DNA of 64,000 nt from an uncultured delta proteobacterium (GCA_963696385.1 CAVOKF010000007.1:704001-768000), one strand, 5' to 3'; positions 9,892 through 18,718 are shown, counted from the first letter of the stretch. Translations and numbers: made by a program. The notes: a model not told the origin generated them from the sequence alone.

Positions 9892-11634
9892 TCACCGATC
9901 GGGCCGCTCGAGACCGGCCAGGCGGTAGCCCCGTACCGGCCCCAAATCGTACAGATGCGCCACGAGCGGTCCGGGGGCCACCCCGTCTTGGATGCGCACG
10001 CGAACGTAGCGCGCGGGCGCGTCGTCGGGGGCCCCGCCATCGGCAGCCACGTGGGGCACGGTCACGCAGATCTGTGCCCCCGGTTGCCTTTCCACCTTCA
10101 ACCAAGGTCCGGTCAGGAGCCGCGCCTCGTAGCGAAACGCCCACGGATCGCGCAAACCGCGCCACTCCGCGAGGTCGACTCCACAGAGCCGGTTCGGCCC
10201 ATCGACCCGCACCTGGGCGATGGGCGACACCCGCGTGAGGTAGCGATCGAGAATCTTGGCCAGCCGGCCGTCGAGAACGCTCTGCAGGTAATCGGTGTTG
10301 GCCGGGTCGGCGAGCTTCGCCATCTCGGCCAAGGTTCGGACCATGGGCGGCGTAACGTGCGCCAGGATGCGCGCCATCCACGCGCCGTCGCGCTCGGTCA
10401 TCCGCGAGAACGCCGCGTTCGGGTACTCGTTTTTCCACTGTTCGGGATCGAAGTCTTTGACGTTGAAGTAGCCGAACATCTCGTGGCCCGGGACTTTCCG
10501 GATCTGTTCCCAGACGCGCGCGGTGGCCCCCAGCGTGAAAAAATCCTCCGCGATGTCCCCCCAATCGACGACGTACGCGTAGCCGAGCCGTCGCGAGATG
10601 GGATCCCAGTCCCACACCGACCCGAGAGCGGCACTCGTGCCCATCTGAAGGTGGACGACGTGACCGGGAGACGCGTCGGGCGGCCCGCCCTTCGCCTCGG
10701 TGAACCAGGTGTCGAGCGAATTGCCGGCGCGCGCATCGAAGTGATCGATCCAGGCCGTGAGCAGTCGCGCGGCGCGAAGCTCGCGACGATCTTGGTGCGG
10801 AATGACGTCGTTGGGGTCGTCGCCGCGCACCCCCTCGTAGCGAAACTGCTGAAGGATGTAGCCCGGCACCCACGCGGAGGCGCTGATGCGAAGCAGCCCG
10901 CCGTGCTTGTTGGACTTCGCGAACAGGTCGTCGAGCGCCTTCTGGTCGAAGTCGTAGTAGTCCCCGAAGTTGCCGTGTGCGGCCTTCAACCCGGGTTTCA
11001 GGGTGAAGATCGACGGTCGGACCCACAGCGCCTGCTCGCACGTCGCGTTGTAGCCGACGGCATAGTAGACCGCCTCGCCGATCACCGTGGCCGCGACTTG
11101 GCGTTCGGGCAGTCCGGTGGCCTCGACCTTGACCAGGAACTTGCCCTTGCCGGGCACAGTCATGCGAAAGCCCGGCGTCGACCCGCTGGTCTTGCCCTGA
11201 TCGATGAGCCACGCACCGTCGGGGGTGTGATCCGGGTCGAGGAGCACTTCTTTCTTGCACTCGTTCAGCCGCAGCTCGTCGAGGCTCATCGGGCGAACAC
11301 CGAGTCGGTTGGTAAACCAGGCCGAATCGGGCACCTCGTCCACGCTGTTCACGTCCACGGATTCGCCGCTCGTCACGATCCCAAGAGTCTCGGATAGGGG
11401 TCGAAAGAACAAATTGTCCACGCCGTCCCAGTCGGTGGGGGCGTCGTAGGGCTCCGGAGCGCACGAGATATGGTGGGGATCGCGCGGTTGCGGCGCCTCG
11501 TGGCAGCGCGCAAAGACCGGCTGCAGGTCGGTATCGCGCCAGATCGGCGGGCGAAGCGGAAAGCGCGAATCGGCGGGCCCGCACGAGATCAGAAGGCCGC
11601 CGACCAGAGCGAGGAAGCGTGGTTCAGAACCCAT
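9892..11634 (-). CDS. uncharacterised lipoprotein with atypical kinase-like motifs
   Basis: Lipobox LLISC. GKTSGSTPGF, FLVK, AWIDHFDARAGNSL. Start overlaps the stop of the upstream Omp85 gene. Confidence 0.8.
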   Translation of the reverse strand: MGSEPRFLALVGGLLISCGPADSRFPLRPPIWRDTDLQPVFARCHEAPQPRDPHHISCAPEPYDAPTDWDGVDNLFFRPLSETLGIVTSGESVDVNSVDEVPDSAWFTNRLGVRPMSLDELRLNECKKEVLLDPDHTPDGAWLIDQGKTSGSTPGFRMTVPGKGKFLVKVEATGLPERQVAATVIGEAVYYAVGYNATCEQALWVRPSIFTLKPGLKAAHGNFGDYYDFDQKALDDLFAKSNKHGGLLRISASAWVPGYILQQFRYEGVRGDDPNDVIPHQDRRELRAARLLTAWIDHFDARAGNSLDTWFTEAKGGPPDASPGHVVHLQMGTSAALGSVWDWDPISRRLGYAYVVDWGDIAEDFFTLGATARVWEQIRKVPGHEMFGYFNVKDFDPEQWKNEYPNAAFSRMTERDGAWMARILAHVTPPMVRTLAEMAKLADPANTDYLQSVLDGRLAKILDRYLTRVSPIAQVRVDGPNRLCGVDLAEWRGLRDPWAFRYEARLLTGPWLKVERQPGAQICVTVPHVAADGGAPDDAPARYVRVRIQDGVAPGPLVAHLYDLGPVRGYRLAGLERPDR

Positions 11635-13039
11635 GGTTGACCGCGAGGTTGAGACGGACGGAGTCCACCTGCCCGCCGTGTTCGAAGGTCTCCGATCCGC
11701 ACCCGGCGAGGAGCTCGATGGGGTAATCGCCCATGCCGATGCTGGTCAGGGCGACCGAGCCCGAAAAGCGCAACCGTCCAGGGCGAAACCCCTCGAGGTG
11801 CTCGTCGAACACATTGCCGACGGCGGCCTCGAGGCTGCCGCCCAGCCACGGCCCGACCGGCCAGACGTAGTGCAACGCCCCTGCGGCGGCGCTCCGGTCG
11901 ACGAGGCGACCCGGGTAATAGCCGCGCATCGGGCCATCGCCGCCGAGGGTGGCGAGCTCGGTGAAGGGGACTGGATTCGTGCCAATCGGGTCGGCGAACA
12001 CCGCCGTCACCAGGATACCCAGAACGCGCCCGTGCTGGTTGAGGTCGATGTAACCGCCCGCCGTGCCGCCGTAGCGAATCCAACCCGAAGCGGGCGACCC
12101 GCGCACGTCGCTGCCCTGCTCGCCCTTGATCTCCAGATGAACGCCCGACCCGGGCACCGTGTTCTGGGCCGTCGCTTGCTCGGCCGACGTGGGCCAGGGC
12201 GGCCGGGAATCCACAATGAGGTCGAGTCGGTTGTACTCGGCCGAATAGCCACGATCGAAGCCATACGGGATCGCGAACGCTTGCGTCGCCGCTTCGCGCG
12301 TCAGGCTGGGGTCACTGCCGTAGTGCCCGTCGGTCATGTCGGCGATGCGCATGCCGGCGCCCGCCTCGATGCGGCTCTGACGCCAGAAATGCCACTGAAG
12401 CAGTCCCCCGACCTCGAGGGTCTGCTGCGTGTAGCGGCTCTGGTACGATTGGAGCGTGTCGGGGCCGATGCCGTAAAAGACGCGGTCCGGCCGATGAAGC
12501 TCCGACAGGTGAAAGACCACGGCGCGATGGGTGCCGACCGGGATTCGCTCCGTCAACGACGCGGCGTACCAATCCGTGGGCCAGGCCTCCACATGAGCGC
12601 TCAGCCGGTGACCGGCGAAGAACGCGTCGTTCCAAAACGCGTAGATGCCGACGCTCGGGTTGAAGCCGAATTCGAGCAACCCCACCGGCGTGAACCCCGC
12701 CTTGTGCTCCGGTCCGAACGTGAAAAAGTCGTAGACCTTGCGAGGAATGTCTGCGTCCTCGGCCGCCGGAACGACGATCGACAGCGGCCACCGAATCACG
12801 TATTCGCTCACCAGATACAGAGGCGAGAGCAGGATTCGCGGGACCCAGAGCAGCACCTCGCCCGCGGTCGTCGGCTCAGGCCCGCGACCGCTGTAGTCGG
12901 GCACGGCCCGCCGGGGCGATGGAGAGGTCGCCCGGGCGGGCGCCGGGGCCGGGGCGGGCGCCGGGTCGAGCGCATCCCCGTTCGCGGACCGCGCAAGGCC
13001 AACCGCAAGAGCGAGCAGAACGAAAGGGGCGCACCTCAC
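11624..13039 (-). CDS. BamA/TamA (Omp85) family outer-membrane protein
   Basis: Signal peptide, alternating beta-strand pattern, TLGGDGPMRGYYPGRLVD (loop-6 VRGY-type motif), C-terminal Phe. Confidence 0.8.
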   Translation of the reverse strand: MRCAPFVLLALAVGLARSANGDALDPAPAPAPAPARATSPSPRRAVPDYSGRGPEPTTAGEVLLWVPRILLSPLYLVSEYVIRWPLSIVVPAAEDADIPRKVYDFFTFGPEHKAGFTPVGLLEFGFNPSVGIYAFWNDAFFAGHRLSAHVEAWPTDWYAASLTERIPVGTHRAVVFHLSELHRPDRVFYGIGPDTLQSYQSRYTQQTLEVGGLLQWHFWRQSRIEAGAGMRIADMTDGHYGSDPSLTREAATQAFAIPYGFDRGYSAEYNRLDLIVDSRPPWPTSAEQATAQNTVPGSGVHLEIKGEQGSDVRGSPASGWIRYGGTAGGYIDLNQHGRVLGILVTAVFADPIGTNPVPFTELATLGGDGPMRGYYPGRLVDRSAAAGALHYVWPVGPWLGGSLEAAVGNVFDEHLEGFRPGRLRFSGSVALTSIGMGDYPIELLAGCGSETFEHGGQVDSVRLNLAVNHGF

Positions 13040-13243
13040 GGCCGTGGCTGTACCACCCCCGCCTTCGCGACGAGACCCTCACCCCTTTCGATCCTTGCCA
13101 AAGAATGCGCCGGGCGCACAACGGCGCGCTCTTCGAACCGTGGACCCATACTCCACTCCGATGCCGCGCGAGTGCCGCTTGTGACGTGGATCGCGCGGCA
13201 TTTTTCATGCGCTGCTCCCAGCGCCGGGGCATGGGGCGGCAAA

Positions 13244-13792
13244 CTAGTCGGACGACCCTGCCGCCGCGATGAGCCGGCGAACCTCGACCCGATGCATTTC
13301 GCTTCGTCGCGCGAGCACCGTCGTGCTGGTCGAGCCGTCGGCGCCGGGGCGAACCTCGCTCACGGCCACCGGGGTCACGACGATGTGTCGCGCCACCGGT
13401 CCGCTGGGGTCCGCGAGCATGCGAATCGCTTCGAGCAGTCCTTGATTGAACTCGAAACGTGCCCAGCGAATGGGGGTGGCGTCGCCGCTGGTCCGGGTCC
13501 ACACCAGGTTTTCGCCGCAGCAGCTCGGGGGAGACGACCACTCGCCCGCGCCGTGGTCGGTGAATGCGACGCGGACCGACTCCGGCGTCATGCCGAGACG
13601 CACGCCTCGCACCGCACCCAACGAGACCGGCCGCGCTCGCGCGACGGCGAACCAGAACGCGCCCGCCGCGATCAGTACGATCAGCGAACCGACGGTCCAA
13701 GGCCGGATCGCCCGCCGAACCGGCGGGCCGGCGGCCGGCACCTCCTGCCGGCTAGGGACGTTTTCCGATGGTTGCGAGGATTCGACGCGCAT
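13244..13792 (-). CDS. hypothetical single-TM protein
   Basis: TM segment VGSLIVLIAAGAFWFAV, then GVRLGMTPESV; last gene of the SCO-CusF run; start uncertain. Confidence 0.6.
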   Translation of the reverse strand: MRVESSQPSENVPSRQEVPAAGPPVRRAIRPWTVGSLIVLIAAGAFWFAVARARPVSLGAVRGVRLGMTPESVRVAFTDHGAGEWSSPPSCCGENLVWTRTSGDATPIRWARFEFNQGLLEAIRMLADPSGPVARHIVVTPVAVSEVRPGADGSTSTTVLARRSEMHRVEVRRLIAAAGSSD

Positions 13793-14087
13793 CCTCGGCC
13801 TCCGTGAATTCGAATGCGACGCGATCGCCCACGACGAGCCCGTCGAGCTGCTCTTTGCGTTCGGGCCAGAACGACATCGTCATCGCGCTCATGTACCCAG
13901 GAATCTCGTCATGCGCGATGTTCACGTACCTGCGATCCGGACCGAACGATCGAATGACGCCCGTGGCTCGGTACCTCTTCGGGTCGGCTTGCGGAGCGTC
14001 CGGCGGCCCTGCCGCAAACCCGACGATCGACCTTCCGAGCAGGAGGGCGCCGCAAACCAGGACCGCGGCCGCCCGCACACGCCGCAT
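13752..14087 (-). CDS. CusF-like copper-binding protein
   Basis: Signal peptide; RYRATGVI...IAHDEIPGYMSAMTMSF...GDRVAF. ATG overlaps the SCO stop (TGATG). Confidence 0.88.
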   Translation of the reverse strand: MRRVRAAAVLVCGALLLGRSIVGFAAGPPDAPQADPKRYRATGVIRSFGPDRRYVNIAHDEIPGYMSAMTMSFWPERKEQLDGLVVGDRVAFEFTEAEDARRILATIGKRP

Positions 14088-14764
14088 CACGACGCCCCGG
14101 TCAGGTCGAGCACGTCGTGCACGAGTCCCACCATTCGTTCCGGGTCGCCGGCCGCGTAGTAGCCGCGAATCCCCCCGTCGCCATCCACGAGCACCAGCCA
14201 CTCGCCGTGCATGATCGTGGCAATGCCGGCGCCGGGATCGGCCCGCTGGAACGTGGTCTTGAAGCCGCCCACCACGACTCGGTCGAGGTCCGCACTGCGG
14301 CCCGACAGAAAGGACCAGCGGCGGGCATCGGCGCCGTACCGAGCGGCATACCGGTCGAGCACCTCGGGGGTGTCGTTCTCGGGGTCGAGCGTAATCGACA
14401 CGAGATGGACGCCTAGCGGCCGCCCGATCTTTTGCTCGCGATCGGCCACGGCCTTCTCGACCGAGGCCATCTGTGCCGTGAGCATCGGGCACGATGTCGT
14501 GCAGGACGCGAAGAAAAAGTCGACAACGAGCACTTGGCCGCGCAGCGTCGTGTCGCTGACGGGTGTCCCACGCTGATCGGGCATCTCGAAGGACGGGATG
14601 TGTCCGAGCACTACGGCGGGGACTTGCTGCGCCCCGGCCCGGGCGTGGCGCCGCGCCACCGAGGCCGTGACCAGCGCGCAGACCGCCAGAGCGGCCAGCA
14701 GTGCGAAGCGGGCATTGTACACCGGGCGATGGCGCGGACTCGCCCCGTCCACGGCGGGTTGCAT
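14087..14764 (-). CDS. SCO1/SenC family copper chaperone
   Basis: DFFFASCTTSCP (CxxxC), SITLDPENDTPEVL, conserved His in IMHGEWLVLVD. Confidence 0.93.
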   Translation of the reverse strand: MQPAVDGASPRHRPVYNARFALLAALAVCALVTASVARRHARAGAQQVPAVVLGHIPSFEMPDQRGTPVSDTTLRGQVLVVDFFFASCTTSCPMLTAQMASVEKAVADREQKIGRPLGVHLVSITLDPENDTPEVLDRYAARYGADARRWSFLSGRSADLDRVVVGGFKTTFQRADPGAGIATIMHGEWLVLVDGDGGIRGYYAAGDPERMVGLVHDVLDLTGAS

Positions 14765-14942
14765 CACGGCGCCAAGTATACGGTCGGCGGCCCGCGAACG
14801 CCATGAGGCGAACTGTCGCACCGGCGCGCAGCCTACCCGCGTGTCCCGGCCGCTCGAGACCGCCACGGCCCGGGCGCACGACCGCTCCGATCGGGGATTG
14901 CGTCAGAGTACGTTCGATCCATCTTGGAAGCGGACAAATGTC

Positions 14943-15533
14943 ATGACCGACACCCTCGCGATCGATCCGAAAACCGCAGCACTGCTCGTCATGGACTTCC
15001 AAACGGCCATCGTGGACGGCTTCGTCGGCGACAAGGTGGCGCTGTTGGCTCGCACTGCCGCCCTCATCGAGGCTGCCCGAAAGGCGAGTGTGCGGGTCAC
15101 CTACGTGGTCGTCGCCTTCCGTGCCGGGTATCCCGAGGTGAGTCCGCGCAATCCGAGCTTCAATGCCCTCCGCTCGACGGGACGCTTTCTCGAGGGTGCA
15201 GCCGGGACCGAAGTCCACCCTTCGGTGGCCCCCCAGCGCGGCGAGGCGGTCGTGACCAAGCGGCGGGTAAGCGCATTCGCGGGGACGGACCTCGACATGC
15301 TCCTGCGTGCCAACGGGATCGAGACACTCGTGATCGCCGGCGTCGCGACGAGCGGGGTCGTGCTCTCGACGGTCCGGCACGCCGCCGACGCCGACTACCG
15401 GCTCATCGTGGTCGCCGACTGCTGCGCGGACCGCGACCCCGAGGTCCACCGCGTGCTCGTCGAGAAAATCTTCGCCCGGTCGGCCACCGTGACGACCGCC
15501 GAGGCGGTGATCGCGGCGCTCTCCAACGTGTGA
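14943..15533 (+). CDS. isochorismatase-family cysteine hydrolase
   Basis: TAALLVMDFQ, KRRVSAFAGTDL, GVATSGVVLSTVRHAADADY (YecD-like subgroup). Confidence 0.92.
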   Translation: MTDTLAIDPKTAALLVMDFQTAIVDGFVGDKVALLARTAALIEAARKASVRVTYVVVAFRAGYPEVSPRNPSFNALRSTGRFLEGAAGTEVHPSVAPQRGEAVVTKRRVSAFAGTDLDMLLRANGIETLVIAGVATSGVVLSTVRHAADADYRLIVVADCCADRDPEVHRVLVEKIFARSATVTTAEAVIAALSNV

Positions 15534-15563
15534 TCCGAGGCCACCTCCACCCTCGAGCGGTGC

Positions 15564-16153
15564 CTACCGGCTCTGTGGCGTTGGACCCCTCAAGATGGCA
15601 TGCACCCGAGCCCTGTCGCCCAGAAGAAGCTCGATGGCCCGCCCGAGCCCGACCTCCGCGGCGACGACCTTGAGCAGATCTCGGGCGACGCCGTGGCGAA
15701 GGCCGGTTGGATCGCGCTCGGAGCGACGACCTCGGCAGGAGGCCTCTTCGCGGGGGCCTTCGTCTTGACCGCGGCCAACTTGTCCGCCGACCGGATGTTA
15801 TACACGTAGCCGACCTCCAATTGGATTCCGGCGGCCTTCGCCCGGTCCACGATCTCGCCCGGCGACAGGGTCGCGTGGGATCGTACGAAGGCGGCCTTGC
15901 TCACGAGGGCCGGCTTCGATGTCGCGATCGGGGCGTTCGAGGTCTTTTTCGCGGGCGCCGCCGCCTTCTTCGGGACAGCCGCTTTCGCGGCTTTCGCGGT
16001 TCGGCGCACCTCGTAGACGAGGCCGGGCCGGAGATCGATCCCCTTGGCCTTCGCCTTTTCGACGATTTCGGCGGCGGACATCGCGGCGGACTGGGCGCGG
16101 ATAAAGTCGGACTTGTTGACTGGTTTCGGGGTGCTGGTCGTCGTAGGGGCCAT
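15564..16153 (-). CDS. Lys/Ala-rich tandem-domain putative DNA-binding protein (paralog A), frameshifted near 15681
   Basis: Two copies of a KSxF[IV]R..LS..E[IV]V..AKA.GI....[LY]VY.[IV]R domain. Adding one G restores PEDLLKVVAAEVGLGRAIELLLGDRARVHAILRG, matching the C-terminus of paralog B. Confidence 0.8.
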
Positions 16154-16165
16154 GTTCCGTACTGG

Positions 16166-16195
16166 ATTTCAGCACGAGCGACGCGGCATGGCCAA
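16166..16195 (-). promoter_or_regulatory. putative sigma70-like promoter of paralog A
   Basis: TTGGCC-N18-TGAAAT with TG at the extended -10 position, 12 nt before ATG; same geometry as upstream of paralog B. Confidence 0.5.
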
Positions 16196-16314
16196 CATTC
16201 GCCCGGTTGCTCCCCGCGACGAGCGGCGGAAGGGCCACCGTCGTCGCCGAAGGAATGGATGCCAAAGGATACGGTTAGGCGCGGCGCGCGCCTGGGGAGG
16301 GCGCACCATGACGA

Positions 16315-16347
16315 ACGGCATGGGCTCCTGAAAGCTGCCCATGCCGT
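16315..16347. terminator. inverted repeat hairpin (terminator-like, no U tract)
   Basis: ACGGCATGGGC-N11-GCCCATGCCGT, perfect 11-bp stem about 25 nt downstream of the TAG at 16372. Confidence 0.55.
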
Positions 16348-16371
16348 GGTCAGCCGCCCAACCCCCGGGGG

Positions 16372-17509
16372 CTACTTCCTCTGAGGCTTCTTGGGCGCAG
16401 CCGGAGCGGGGCGCGGAGCCGCGGGCGCCGTGTGCCCAGCCTTCGCCGCGGGATTCCGTCCGAGCTGGTTCGGCCCTGCCTGCGGGCTCCCTGGACGCTT
16501 CGCTCTTGCCCGTGGGCTCGCTCTTGCCCGCGGGCTCCTTGGACGCTTCGGCCTTGCCTGCGGGCTCCTTCGGCTCCTTGGAGGCTTCGGTTCTGCCTGC
16601 CGGACCCTTGGAGCCTTCGCTCTTGCCGGGCTCCTTGGACGCTTCGGCCTTGCCTGCGGGCTCCTTCGGCTCCTTGGAGGCTTCGGTTCTGCCTGCCGGC
16701 CCCTTGGGGCCTTCGCTCTTGCCGGGCTCCTTGGACGCTTCGGCCTTGCCCGCGGGCTCCCTGCCATTGGTCGGTGTGCCGTGAGGTTCGGCCGAGCTGC
16801 CTCGGGCGGCCGTGGCGCGTCCCTCCGCGTGCTCGTTGCCCGGAGCGCCCTTCGGTTCCGATCGGGGCGTTGCCGTCCGTCCCGCCGCCGCTGTGCGGTG
16901 CTGCGGGGCGGTCGCGCGCGGCAGCGGGCGAGCGGGGCCGGTTGCATGCGCGTAGGCACCGCCCGGGCGATGACCCGGCGCTGGACCCGCTCTGTGCTCG
17001 ACGACGACGTGCTCGCCGCGATGGTAGTTCGCCGGCCGTTCCGGATGGGAAAACTGGATGCGGTCGCCGCCGTAGCTCCGATGCGGAGCATCGTGGGGAC
17101 CCCAGTAGCCCTGCACGTAGACGACGTGGTCGCCCACGCGCTCGTAGTACGGCTCGATGTAGAACTGGCCTTCGGGTGCCACGGCCCAATGCCCCCAATT
17201 CCAGCCCCAGTCCACGCCGTTCCAACCCCAATAGCCACCGACCCACACGTAGGCCGGACCGGGCGAATCCGTCTCCTCTTCGTAGACTGGATTGGGGGGC
17301 TCGCTCGTCGCGGTGACCTCTTCAGGGTCGGTGGGCACGGGCTCGGCCGTGTCGGCCGCGGCTTCTGCCGGCGGGGCCGCGGGTTCGGGCGCGGGCGCTG
17401 GGACTCCGACCGACACAGTCGCCACCGGCGGCTCGGGCGTAGCAACCCTTATCTGAGCGGCGCAGGCCGACAGCAGTACGGGAATCGTGAGCAATCCGAG
17501 GCGTTTCAT
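16372..17509 (-). CDS. YXWGXW-repeat lipoprotein with repetitive E/P/A/G/K tail (probable frameshift near 16451)
   Basis: GGAGG RBS; MKRLGLLTIPVLLSAC lipobox; YVWVGGYWGWNG, WNWGHW, YVQGYW. As sequenced the ORF runs to 16169; removing one C gives ...TESAAKAGHTAPAAPRPAPAAPKKPQRK* at 16372. Confidence 0.82.
16480..16760 (-). repeat. coding tandem repeat, 96-bp unit (EPAGKAEASKEPGKSEG[PS]KGPAGRTEASKEPK) x2 plus partial copies
   Basis: Near-identical DNA and protein units read directly. Confidence 0.88.
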
Positions 17510-17766
17510 TGATCCTCCCATTTGCGCAACCGCGGCCGTTGCCGCCGATACCTGCGCTTGCACTTGTGTACCAGAAGCGCGCTCAGTGGAGTGCGCCGCA
17601 ATGGACGGTGACGTTCGACATTTCGCAGTGACGGAGGCCGTCACCACCGTGACGTACCGGCGGCCGTTGGGAGCCGAAGCCAGCCCCCAATCCGCTTTCG
17701 ACGATGTCGGTCACCGTAGTTGAATGCAAAACTAAAACCAACTTTTCGATACCATGGCTTGCTTTT

Positions 17767-17804
17767 GCTCCGCAAGACGGAAAAGCGCTCCACAAGACGG
17801 AAAA
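17767..17804. promoter_or_regulatory. 18-bp direct repeat with 20-bp period (operator-like)
   Basis: GCTCCGCAAGACGGAAAA / GCTCCACAAGACGGAAAA in the divergent intergenic region. Confidence 0.6.
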
Positions 17805-18018
17805 ACGGGCGGAGGCGAAGATCGGGTTAACCCGGATCCATCGAGTGTTGCGCCCGGTATCCCGGTATATCGATGACGGACCTCCACCTTCGCTGTGCCG
17901 CCGGCGCGCGCCCTCACTGCCGCTTGCATCGGCAAAAACCCGCCACCCTCTGGAGACCCGCCGCTCGGTGCCGGATCACAAAAGGCCCCATCCAGGTGTT
18001 GATTTCAAAAATTGGACA

Positions 18019-18048
18019 TTGCCCACATGGCCTGGACCGTGCTGAACT
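18019..18048 (+). promoter_or_regulatory. putative sigma70-like promoter of paralog B
   Basis: TTGCCC-N18-TGAACT with TG at the extended -10 position, 12 nt before ATG 18061. Confidence 0.5.
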
Positions 18049-18060
18049 CTCGCGCTCAAC

Positions 18061-18651
18061 ATGGCCGCCGAGAAAACCAACCCCTCCGACAAGAAACCAC
18101 TGACCAAGTCCGACTTCATTCGCCAGCAACCGGCGAGCCTTTCCGCCGCCGAAGTCGTCGCGAAGGCGAAAGGCGAGGGGATCGAGTTCGGCCCTGGGCT
18201 CGTCTACGAGGTCCGCCGGCTTGGGAAAGCCAAGAAGAGCGCGGTACCGACGAAGGCGGTGGCGGTCGCGAAGAAGACCTCGACCGGATCGAACGGATCC
18301 GTGGCGAAGCCCGTGCCCAGCAAGGCCGACTTTGTTCGCAAGTTCCCTAACCTCTCCCCCAAAGAGGTCGTCGAGAGGGCCAAGGCCGAGGGTGTCACGT
18401 TCGACGTTGGATACGTTTACAACATCCGGTCCGCGGATAGGGCGGCCGAGGCGAAAAGGAAGCCCTCTCCAAAGCCGACCGCCGCAAAGCCCCAGCCGGC
18501 CGCCGTGAGCGCAAGCCGACCGTCCGCCCCCGCGAGCGCCACCGCCACCGAGGATCTGCTGCGTGCCGTCGCCGCTGAAGTCGGGCTGGGGCGAGCGGTC
18601 GAGATCCTCGCGGGCGAGCGGGCAAGGGTGCACTCCATCCTGCGAGGCTGA
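18061..18651 (+). CDS. Lys/Ala-rich tandem-domain putative DNA-binding protein (paralog B)
   Basis: TKSDFIRQQPASLSAAEVVAKAKGEGIEFGPGLVYEVRR and SKADFVRKFPNLSPKEVVERAKAEGVTFDVGYVYNIRS, basic linkers, C-terminal helix EDLLRAVAAEVGLGRAVEIL. Confidence 0.85.
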   Translation: MAAEKTNPSDKKPLTKSDFIRQQPASLSAAEVVAKAKGEGIEFGPGLVYEVRRLGKAKKSAVPTKAVAVAKKTSTGSNGSVAKPVPSKADFVRKFPNLSPKEVVERAKAEGVTFDVGYVYNIRSADRAAEAKRKPSPKPTAAKPQPAAVSASRPSAPASATATEDLLRAVAAEVGLGRAVEILAGERARVHSILRG

Positions 18652-18718
18652 CGGATTTTCCGGGGCGCCGAACGTGTTGGCGGACCGAGGATCTCAAGGG
18701 TAGAGAGGCCGCCTGGAG

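Noticed and set aside
9889..13807. Long antisense or alternate-frame ORFs (e.g. 9889..11397 +, 11633..13807 +; likewise 22..810, 25635..27404, 37889..40573)
   Set aside because: They are shadows of real genes caused by high GC3. They read as R/G/A-rich or antisense-typical text with no motifs.
13752..15449. 565-aa ORF ending in a CusF domain
   Set aside because: Only the last 111 aa are credible; the rest overlaps SCO and runs antisense to the isochorismatase gene.
17704..18045. 113-aa ORF in the divergent spacer
   Set aside because: It has atypical composition, no recognisable motif, and overlaps putative operator and promoter elements.
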